The notes under the pieces: generated by a model
What the model was told of the DNA's origin: nothing
Database searches by the model: none
Seen by the model: the letters and a program-made list of their open reading frames with translations, nothing else
Part shown: positions 1 to 9,400 of the stretch, piece by piece
Position numbering within the stretch: the first letter of the stretch is position 1
Layout of the letters: each line of letters starts with the position of its first letter
Made by a program: the position numbers and the translations under genes
Assembly: GCA_034530875.2 (NCBI GenBank)
Contig: JAVRCJ020000010.1
Coordinates: 160,001 to 224,000, forward strand
Reading direction: 5' to 3'
Origin: Nostoc sp. DedSLP01
GTDB taxonomy: Bacteria; Cyanobacteriota; Cyanobacteriia; Cyanobacteriales; Nostocaceae
Length of the DNA stretch: 64,000 nucleotides

Positions 1-283
1 GATGTTGGGGGTCAATTAATTCAGCTTCTTTTGGGCTGTAGCCAAAGAATCTAGCATCAAAATGTTCAATATCTGGTAGTATAGGCGCAGCTTTAACATA
101 GTTTTGGTCGTTTAAAACTTCCGTTTCTAAATTTAAATCTGCTAAGTCATCATTCGATAAAAATGAAATAGACTCAACTTTATTTTGGATATTTTGCCAA
201 AATTCCTCGATATTGTTCGCACCAGGGAAACGACCGGACATTCCCACTATTGCTATATCTAGATTTACTGTTGATTCTTCCAT
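1..283 (-). CDS. Type I PKS, N-terminal KS fragment (partial, continues past left edge)
   Basis: Not in ORF track. Manual translation from ATG at 283: MEESTVNLDIAIVGMSGRFPGANNIEEFWQNI...FDARFFGYSPKEAELIDPQH, homologous to the other KS N-termini. Confidence 0.9.
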   Translation of the reverse strand, partial: MEESTVNLDIAIVGMSGRFPGANNIEEFWQNIQNKVESISFLSNDDLADLNLETEVLNDQNYVKAAPILPDIEHFDARFFGYSPKEAELIDPQH

Positions 284-316
284 GACTTGATTAACCAGAT
301 AAATTAAATTTGTGTT

Positions 317-3300
317 TTAGTAAGTTTGCATTTTTATCTGCCTTCTCCTTTGTCCTCTACTTAGCCTTTGTTCAAAACTACTTTTATCGGATTCTTCAGC
401 AGGACTAAAAATATTTGCCATAGAGCTTATATTCGGGCATTCATAGAGCTTGGCAACAGAAAGATTTGAATCAAATTGTTTATTTAAGATAGCGATAAGC
501 TGAATACCTATAAGAGAATCACCGCCAAGCTCAAAGAAGTTATCATAAATTCCTATTCTTTCAATTCCAATAACTTCTTGCCAAATATCGACCAGCTTTT
601 GCTCATTTTTATTGCGCGGTGCGACGTAATCATTACTTAGTTCAGGTCTAGGATATTTTACTTTGAATGAATTGACAGTTTCTAAAAAATCTAGCCCTGG
701 TGTTTTGCTGTTAGAGTTGTAATGTTTAAATACTTCCAATAAATCAGAAGTAGATATTACAACTTGAGGCATTGTATTTTCTAAAATCCGCTGAAATACA
801 TCTACACCTTCATGGGGTAATATACCTTGCTGAAGATTTTCTAGCCGTAATTCTTGGAGTCGCTGTGGTAATTCTGTGTTTACTGCCATCCCGACTTCTT
901 GCCAAGTATCCCAATTAATGCTTGTAATAAATCGGTTTTGTTTTCCAGCATTACAACGAGCATAAGCATCTAAAAAAGCATTTGCAGCACAATAATCTAC
1001 CTGTCCAAATTCTGCTATAATTGAACTATTTGATGAGACTAAAACAAAGAAATCTAACTCAATATTTTTAATGATTGTATCAATAACTATTGTTCCCTTT
1101 ACCTTGGGAGCCAGAATTTTTTCTGCTTCTTCTGGAGTTTTTCGTTGAATTGCGCCGCCTCCAGGAACTCCAGCGGCGTGAATAACACCGTTGAGTTGAC
1201 CGAATTGTTCTTGAGCTTGAGCGATCGCACTTTGCATTTGTTGTATATTACTGACATCAGCAGCGATCGCCAAAACTTCTGTACCCAATTCTTCAAGTTC
1301 TTGAACTTTGCGAATTTTACAGCTAGTGCTATCAGTTTCATCGTGAGTAGATAGCCATTGAAACCACTCATTTTTGTTAGGTAAAGCAGAACGTCCTACT
1401 AATAATAATTTTGCTTGTACAGTTCTAGCTAAATATTCTGCTAAAACAAGTCCAATACCTCCAAGTCCACCTGTAATTAAATAGACTCCTTTTTCTCGTA
1501 GTCGCGGTTTTTCAATTTGAGTCTTTTCAAAACGCACTGGCTCAAAACTTTGCACCCAACGATTCAAACCTCGATAAGCGATTAACTTTTCCGCTTTATC
1601 AACCGTTAGTTCTGCCAGTAAATTTTCTATTAGTTTTTCTTCTTGCCAACTGCCATCCTGAGGAAGGATAACATCAATACTACGACAATTGATATTTGCA
1701 TATTCTTGAGAAATAACTTTAACTGGACCGAGCAAAGTTGCCTTCTCTGGAGAAAGTACTTCAGTTCCCATTACTGGCTGTAGGTTGTTAGAAATAACTG
1801 TGATTTCAAAATTATTAGTAGTTTCCCATCTTCCTAAAGCTTGGGCAATAAATAATAAACTATAAAATCCCTGATTTTGGGCTAGTTCTAGTTCTGCAAT
1901 ATCTAATTCTCGGTCACCAACGGCTGTAATATTCCATAAATGAAGTATTTTTTGTGGCAACTTATTTTGTTTGAATAATTCTTCAAATAAAACATCATAA
2001 TCATGATGGCTTTCTGGATTAATAGTATATTCAGACTTGTTTAGTATGGTATAGCTGTCACCTACTTTAACCTTAACTACATCTAGATTTTGTTTTTCTA
2101 GTTGTTTTACTAAATTAATACCGAAGCCGCACTTGTCGAGAAATACTAAAATACAAGATTTTTCATTTACTAATTCTTGGCTATCGAGTTTGGCTGGAGG
2201 TAAAGAAGGTTTCCAATAAGGAATATAAAACCAGTCAGCTATATCGGGTTGTTTAGCGAGTGAAACTGAACTATGATTATTATCTTGCCCTGGCTTTTTC
2301 GGCTCAATCCAATACCTTTGTTTTTCAAAAGGATAGGTAGGTAAAGGTAAACGATGATGCCTTTGTTCGCTATAAAATTCTGACCAATCTATATTGACAC
2401 CAAAAAGCCATAACTGCCCCAATGTATGCAACAAAAAGCTGACATCGGATTGTTGATTTTGAGGTAAACAAGTTAGTACATGCTGTTTGGTATTAATATT
2501 TAAATGTTCTTTAATTGATCTAGTTAAATTTTGTCCAGACCCTACATTTAGAAAAACGCCTTCAAACTGCTCTAATAGTTGAAATATAGTCTCGGATAAT
2601 TTAAAATTTTGTTGTAAATTTTGGTTCCAATAGTTAGGATTTGTGGCTTGTGCGTCTGTAATCCAACTACCAGTTACATTGGAAATAAAAGGAATACGTG
2701 GCGGGTTGAGTTTAACTTTTTTTCCTTTGTTTGTTAAAATTGCTAAGGCATCTTGTAAGGAAAATACACCTGCGATCGCAGCTGCAACATATTCACCAAT
2801 ACCCTCACCAATCATTGCTTCTGGCAGTACACCCCATGACATCAATAACTCAGCCAGGGCATATTCAATTACAAATAATGCTACGTCTTTAAGGTTAACT
2901 GCGGCAATTTTATCTGAGTTTAAAAACAGTAAATCGCGAATATCACAACCGATGTGAGATTGCAAAATTTCGGCACAATTATCTACATGTTTGCGGTATG
3001 TTGCTTCAACTTCGTATAATTCTTTGCTGATGATTGTATTTTGCGATTCTTGCCCAGAAAACATGAACATCACAGGGCAACGATTTGGCTGAAAGTGATA
3101 CTCAAAAACACGTTCTCGGTCGTGATTTTGAAGTAAATTTACAGCATCATCCAAGTCTTGACAAACTACCATACGTCGATAGTCAAAAGCTCGGCGACCT
3201 ACTTTTAGAGTGTAAGCTACATCAGCAAGATTTAAGTCTGGATGCTTTTGCAGATGATTAGCAAGGTTTTCTGTAGCAGTTTCTAGTGCTGTATTCGTCT

Positions 3301-4738
3301 TAGCTGAAAGTACTAGCAATTGATACTTTCTCCCCTGCTCCCTCCGAAGTTCCGATCGGAGGAAGCCTCCGCTCGGACTTCTCTCTGCTCCCCTGCTCCC
3401 CTGCTGCCTTGGAGCTTCTTCTAATATTACGTGGGCGTTAGTTCCGCCAACACCAAAAGAACTGACACCTGCTCTACGAGGTAAATCGTTAGTTTTCCAC
3501 TCTGATAATTTGGTATTAACATAGAAAGGACTGTTAGCAAAATCTATTTCTGTATTTGCTTTTTCAAAGTGTAAACTAGCGGGTATTTGTTGATGTTTTA
3601 ATGCCAGAACTGTTTTAATTAAACCTGTTATTCCTGCTGCTGTATCCAAATGTCCAATATTAGTTTTTACTGAACCGATAGCGCAAAAACCCTTGAGATT
3701 TGTGGTAGTACGAAAAGCTTGTGTGAGAGCCTTAATTTCAATCGGGTCTCCTAACGGAGTTGCAGTTCCATGAGCTTCAACATAAGAAATAGTATCAGCT
3801 TCAACACCAGCTAAAGCGAGTGCTTCTGCAATTACTTCTGTTTGACCGCGAACGCTAGGTGCTGTAAAACCAACTTTTAAAGAGCCATCATTATTGATAG
3901 CCGAACCTTTAATTACAGCATGAATAAAGTCTCCATCAGCAATAGCATCCTCCAGTCTTTTTAACACAACAATTCCCAAACCATCGCCAAACACGGTTCC
4001 TTTGGCGTTAGCATCAAAAGTCCTGCAATGTCCGTCAGGAGAATGGAGAACTCCCTCTTGATAGTAATAACCGGATTTTTGAGGTAACTTGGCTATGGAA
4101 ACACCACCAGCCAAAGCAAGATCGCTTTCTCCGTTAAGCAAACTTTGACAGGCTAAGTGTACAGCTATTAATGATGTAGAGCAGTTATTTTGAATGTTAA
4201 TACTCGGACCAGTAAGATTTAATTTATAAGAAGTTTGCGTACTTAAGTTATCTTTTTCATTCCCAATAAAAATATTTAAAGCATCTACCGACTCGATTAA
4301 TTCTTTATTAGAAACTAAATTTGTAAATAAATAGCTGCTATTAGTGACGCCAGCAAAAACCCCAATTTTACCTTTATAAGATTCGGAATCATAGCCGGCA
4401 GATTCTAAAGCTTCCCAAGCAGACTCTAAAAACATCCGATGCTGGGGATCTGTGATTTCAGCTTCTCTGGGAGTATATCCAAAAAATGCAGCATCAAATA
4501 ATTCAATACCTTCTATTATGCTGCCTGCTTTCACATAATTTGGGTCATTGAGTAAACTTGGTTCTACACCAGCAGCTAGTAATTCCTCATCTGTAAAACG
4601 CGAAATTGATTCTACTCCATCTCGCAAATTTTCCCAAAACCGCTCGACGTTATTTGCTCCTGGAAACCTACCATTTATCCCAATAATAGCTATCTCATCT
4701 CTATCATCAAAATTATCAAATTCTTGAGAGTTATTCAT
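317..4738 (-). CDS. Type I PKS module KS-AT(inactive)-KR-ACP
   Basis: KS triad (NNCSTS, EAHGTAT, NIGHLD). AT has GEGIGEY for GHSIGEY and lacks HAFH. KR GGLGGIG...DYCAAN; ACP GGDSL. ATG at 4738 preferred to TTG at 4750. Confidence 0.92.
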   Translation of the reverse strand: MNNSQEFDNFDDRDEIAIIGINGRFPGANNVERFWENLRDGVESISRFTDEELLAAGVEPSLLNDPNYVKAGSIIEGIELFDAAFFGYTPREAEITDPQHRMFLESAWEALESAGYDSESYKGKIGVFAGVTNSSYLFTNLVSNKELIESVDALNIFIGNEKDNLSTQTSYKLNLTGPSINIQNNCSTSLIAVHLACQSLLNGESDLALAGGVSIAKLPQKSGYYYQEGVLHSPDGHCRTFDANAKGTVFGDGLGIVVLKRLEDAIADGDFIHAVIKGSAINNDGSLKVGFTAPSVRGQTEVIAEALALAGVEADTISYVEAHGTATPLGDPIEIKALTQAFRTTTNLKGFCAIGSVKTNIGHLDTAAGITGLIKTVLALKHQQIPASLHFEKANTEIDFANSPFYVNTKLSEWKTNDLPRRAGVSSFGVGGTNAHVILEEAPRQQGSRGAERSPSGGFLRSELRREQGRKYQLLVLSAKTNTALETATENLANHLQKHPDLNLADVAYTLKVGRRAFDYRRMVVCQDLDDAVNLLQNHDRERVFEYHFQPNRCPVMFMFSGQESQNTIISKELYEVEATYRKHVDNCAEILQSHIGCDIRDLLFLNSDKIAAVNLKDVALFVIEYALAELLMSWGVLPEAMIGEGIGEYVAAAIAGVFSLQDALAILTNKGKKVKLNPPRIPFISNVTGSWITDAQATNPNYWNQNLQQNFKLSETIFQLLEQFEGVFLNVGSGQNLTRSIKEHLNINTKQHVLTCLPQNQQSDVSFLLHTLGQLWLFGVNIDWSEFYSEQRHHRLPLPTYPFEKQRYWIEPKKPGQDNNHSSVSLAKQPDIADWFYIPYWKPSLPPAKLDSQELVNEKSCILVFLDKCGFGINLVKQLEKQNLDVVKVKVGDSYTILNKSEYTINPESHHDYDVLFEELFKQNKLPQKILHLWNITAVGDRELDIAELELAQNQGFYSLLFIAQALGRWETTNNFEITVISNNLQPVMGTEVLSPEKATLLGPVKVISQEYANINCRSIDVILPQDGSWQEEKLIENLLAELTVDKAEKLIAYRGLNRWVQSFEPVRFEKTQIEKPRLREKGVYLITGGLGGIGLVLAEYLARTVQAKLLLVGRSALPNKNEWFQWLSTHDETDSTSCKIRKVQELEELGTEVLAIAADVSNIQQMQSAIAQAQEQFGQLNGVIHAAGVPGGGAIQRKTPEEAEKILAPKVKGTIVIDTIIKNIELDFFVLVSSNSSIIAEFGQVDYCAANAFLDAYARCNAGKQNRFITSINWDTWQEVGMAVNTELPQRLQELRLENLQQGILPHEGVDVFQRILENTMPQVVISTSDLLEVFKHYNSNSKTPGLDFLETVNSFKVKYPRPELSNDYVAPRNKNEQKLVDIWQEVIGIERIGIYDNFFELGGDSLIGIQLIAILNKQFDSNLSVAKLYECPNISSMANIFSPAEESDKSSFEQRLSRGQRRRQIKMQTY

Positions 4739-4805
4739 CTTTTTTCCCAATAACTACACATACTCTTGCCTTCCTCTCCGCGACTCTGCGTAAGATAAAA
4801 GCTTC

Positions 4806-6461
4806 TCAACAATCTAATATCTCCAAATCCAATGCAATTTGAACTTGGTCATTTAAAACTGCATCAATATCATCTTTAGTCGTCAACGGATTAGCAATTA
4901 CCGCACGCAACGCAGTTACAGAAATCTCTTTCCCTAAACAACTAATTCTCTTTATTGTCCGCGAAATAAAAGTACGACCAGCTTGACGCTGACTTTTTTG
5001 CAAACGCTCATTAAATATATTAATTTCTTGATTCTCGCTTTCTGTTAATTGCTTTTTAACTGCAACTTCTCTCAAAGACTGCGGAATATAACGATAAAGA
5101 AGTAGATTTATATCAGGTTCCGATAGTAACTCAAATTCCGGCATAGCATTGATGCGATCGGCCATATATTGTGTCTTCTCAAGACCTGCATCAATTAAAA
5201 ATTCATAACCTTTCAAACCTATCAGATGCAGCCCGGCATGTAAAAATAATGCCATAGCGGGACGAGAACCTTCTAAAGCGCGTTTTCCTAAATCGAATGA
5301 ACCCTTACGCATGGTATAACTAGCATTTTTTTCAATCGATGCAGCTAGGTGTGGTTCGCGCATGAATACCATACCAATACCCATAGGTAAATACAGCTGC
5401 TTATGTCCATCAATTGTGACGGAATCAGCGCGTTCGATACCAGCAAGTTTTTGTCGATGTTGTTCGGAAAATATTAAAGGCCCGCCCCAAGCTGCATCTA
5501 CATGAAAATGAACATTTGCACCTTGGGCGATATCTGCAATATCTGAAAGTGAGTCTATATTACCAGAATCCGTAGTACCGGCAACGCCAGCGATCGCAAT
5601 AATATGCAAATTTTTGGACTGACAGTCTGCAACAGCCTGACGTAAAGCTACTAAGTCCACTTGATTGTTTTTATTAGTAGGAATTTTAATCAAACTATGC
5701 GTACCTATGCCTAATAAATCTGCTGCTTTTTCAAAAGAAAAATGCATCAATTCAGAACCAATTATTACTGCTCCTTCATAGCCATAGTAATCTAAAGCTG
5801 CTGGTAAACCTGCCTTTTCTATACCCAGAAAACTATTTTTTGCACCCAAAGATTTATTACGAGCGCACCATAATGCGATAATATTTGCTGCGGTACCTCC
5901 AGAAACTAATATGCCTAAAGTACTTTGACTATTTTGGACATGCTCGCTATAGAATTCGTCAGAAAAGTTATAAATTAATCGATGAATCATTGCCAAAGCC
6001 TGACGCTCATAAGGGCTAAAAGCTTTGGCTGTTTCTATTTTGACAACATTCTGATTCATTGCTGTCATCAGTTTTGCCAAAGGTCGTACAAAACAGGGCA
6101 GCGCAGAGGTCATGTGACCTATAAATCGGGGCGAAGATGTATGTATTGAATGATTAATAACATTATTTGCTAAATATTCAAGATAGGTATCGAAGTCAGC
6201 AGGATTAACTGGAACTTGACTATCAGCAAATATTTCTATTAACGAATTAAATTCAATATCTGAATTAGTATTAATGGCATTTAAGAAATCATCAACCAAG
6301 GCGTCAGTTTCAATAGTCATCTTAGCTTTTTTAGAGACTAAGCTATTAGATGGTGCAAATAATTGCATCACTTCATTAGCAACTGCATACTGTGGCGTTA
6401 GCTCATTCTCCAAAAATAAATTTTGCTGACTTTTTTCTTGTCTTTGCTGACTTAATGCCAT
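4806..6461 (-). CDS. Group II PLP-dependent decarboxylase, most like PanP-type aspartate 1-decarboxylase
   Basis: FIGHMTSALP...NQNVVKIET, HVDAAWGG, DSVTIDGHKQLY (PLP lysine). Confidence 0.8.
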   Translation of the reverse strand: MALSQQRQEKSQQNLFLENELTPQYAVANEVMQLFAPSNSLVSKKAKMTIETDALVDDFLNAINTNSDIEFNSLIEIFADSQVPVNPADFDTYLEYLANNVINHSIHTSSPRFIGHMTSALPCFVRPLAKLMTAMNQNVVKIETAKAFSPYERQALAMIHRLIYNFSDEFYSEHVQNSQSTLGILVSGGTAANIIALWCARNKSLGAKNSFLGIEKAGLPAALDYYGYEGAVIIGSELMHFSFEKAADLLGIGTHSLIKIPTNKNNQVDLVALRQAVADCQSKNLHIIAIAGVAGTTDSGNIDSLSDIADIAQGANVHFHVDAAWGGPLIFSEQHRQKLAGIERADSVTIDGHKQLYLPMGIGMVFMREPHLAASIEKNASYTMRKGSFDLGKRALEGSRPAMALFLHAGLHLIGLKGYEFLIDAGLEKTQYMADRINAMPEFELLSEPDINLLLYRYIPQSLREVAVKKQLTESENQEINIFNERLQKSQRQAGRTFISRTIKRISCLGKEISVTALRAVIANPLTTKDDIDAVLNDQVQIALDLEILDC

Positions 6462-6496
6462 TTTATACCCCACAAAGGATTTATGCTTTTGACTCT

Positions 6497-9400
6497 TTAA
6501 TTTTGACTGACTCGGCGATGATTTTGTCTGGCTTCTTTGCGACGCTTCATTGAAGCAGACCTTACTTGAGGACGATAAGAATCTTTTTGCAAAACAACTT
6601 CTTCATCGCTAGTTAAAAACTCAGCAAGGGAACTGATAGTTGGTCTTTCATAAATACTGATTATTGGAATATGCGTATTTAATTCTTTTTGTAACTGAGA
6701 AATAACCTCAACACCAATTAAAGAATTACCTCCCAAATCAAAGAAGTTATCATAAATACCAATCTTTTCAATTCCTAGAACTTTCTGCCAAGCTTTCGCA
6801 ACTATTTGTTCTACTTTATTACTAGCTGGAACGTACTCGTTTTCTAAGTTTCCTCTGGAATGGAGCGATAAAGTATCTGTATTATTTTGTAAAAATTGCC
6901 GTTTAATCCATTGCTCAATTCTGGGCTGCAATTCTCCCGCAGAAACAACTATTTGAGGAGTTTTAGTTAAACATAATACACGGCTAAATACATCTATACC
7001 TTCCTTCCATGTCATGCGTAATTTTTCTAAGGCTACTCCCACAGTTAGGTCTTCGATATCTCCTTCTTGCGATTGCCAAGTATCCCAGTTCACGCTAATA
7101 CAAGGAAATAAATTTATTTGGTTCTGCTTGTGAGCGTAAGCATCCATAAAAATGTTAGCAGCAGAATAAGAAGTTAACCCCAAACCTCCTAAGACAGATG
7201 ATGAAGAAGATGTGAATAAACAAAAATCTAGCTTTTGACCTTGCAAAACTTTTTCTAAAACAAATAGCCCATATACTTTAGGACTAAATTGTGCTTGACT
7301 TTGAGCTTTAGAACTTTCTTCAATAGTGTAATACGCATCGTCATTGATTCCGGCAGTATGGATGACACCATGAATTTCACCAAACCGTTCTTTAGCTAAT
7401 TCTATAGCTTTTTGCATTTGTTGTTCGTTAGCTACATCAGCACTAATAGCTTTAACCTCAGCACCTAATTCCTCAAGCATCATCACTTTTTTCAGCTTTT
7501 GGCTAACTTCATTAGATTCATCATGAGTTAGTAGCCATTCAGCCCATTGATGCCTTTCTGGTAAGCCTTTTCTACCAATTAAAATTAATTTAGCCTGTAC
7601 CGTTTTTGCTAAGTATTCTGACATCGCTAAACCAATGCGACCCAGACCGCCAGTAATTAGATAAACACCACCTTTTCTCAACTTAGTTTTGCTGTTAATA
7701 CTCTCATCTAAACGTACAGGCTCATAAGTTTTAATCCAGCGATGATTGCCGCGATAAGCAATTAAGTTATCAGTTATTGGTGTTGTAAATTCCGTTAGCA
7801 GCGAGTCTATTAGTGTTGGTGATGGCTTAGTTTTAGAGTCTGCAATTACGATATCAAAGCAACAACAAGTTATATTGAGATATTCTTGTGGGATTACATT
7901 ACACGACCCTAATATAGTCGCTTTTTCAGGGCATAAATTCTCGCTCCCAGTAACATCATGTAGATTGCTGGTAACAACCATCAATTTTATTGGGTCAATG
8001 ATATTCTGCTTTGTCAAAGCTTGTGCTACAAATAACAGACTATCAAAACCAAGATTTTGACAATCTTCAAAAAATTGATATTGTGTTTGTGGGTTTAACT
8101 CTTGACTGGGTAAAATATCGTTAGGAGTTACACTCCAAAAATGCGCAATTTGCCTGCCTTCGTTTATCCAATTCTGTTCTTGCAGTGCTTGAAATAAAGT
8201 ATCATAGTCATCCCTTTGTTGGGGATTAATTACATAATTCGAGTCATCAAGTTTAGCAAATTTATCTCCAACTCTAACAAAAATCACATCTTGATTTTGT
8301 TGTTTGAGTCGTTGGGCAATTTCTACTCCCACTCCATAATTATCAACAAAAATTAACCAAGATGACTTTTCTTCTAGGAGTTTATCCTCTTGAAGAAGTT
8401 CAATTGGTGTTGATTCTTTCCAACGAGGAACATAGAACCAGTCAGCAATATCTGGCTTTTTATCTGATTTTTTTGGCGACATAATTGCTAAAGTCGCATT
8501 TCGATTTACCTCAATCCAATAACGCTGACGCTCAAAGGGATAAGTAGGTAAAGGTAGGCGATGACGTTTTTCATTTGCATAAAAACTAGACAAATCAATT
8601 TGAATTCCTACTAACCAAAGTCTACCTAAGGTATTAAGTAAAAATCCTACGTCTGATTGTTGCTCTTGAGGATGTTGTATAGAAGTTAATATTATTACAT
8701 CTGTTTGATGTTGTTTAGCCAAACTACTTAAAGTTCGTCCCGGCCCGACTTCCAATAATACTTGCTCTGACTGTTTTAATAACTCAGAAATTCCTAAGCT
8801 AAAGCGTACTGGCTGCCTTAAATGTTTTGCCCAATATTTAGGATCTATTGCTTCAGTAGCAGTAATCCAAGTTCCACTAACATTGGAAATAAAAGGAATT
8901 TTCGGAGGATTAAGTTTTACTTCTTGTAATGACTGAATGAAAGTCTCAATAATGGGCGACATCATTTCAGAGTGAAAGGCGTGAGATGTATGCAAACGCC
9001 TACAATTTACGCCTATTTGTTGCAGCTTTTCTTGCAATTTATCTATTCCTGTGTTTGAACCAGACACTACACAAGAAGCAGGTGCATTAATCGCAGCTAA
9101 AGAAATTCCTTTTTCTAGAAATTGTTGTATTTTTTCTTCTGGAAGCTGAACCGAAAGCATAGCACCGCCAGGTAACTCTTGCATGAGTTTTCCTCGCGTT
9201 GCTACTATCGCTAAGGCATCTTCTAAAGTGAAAACTCCGGCTATAGTTGCAGCTACATACTCTCCAATACTGTGGCCAATCATCGCCTCAGGACGCACAC
9301 CCCAAGACATCCACAACTTGGTCATGGCATATTCAATTACAAACAATGCTGGTTGAGTAATTGATGTTTGTTGTAATTTTTGTGTTGCTTCTGTAACTGT

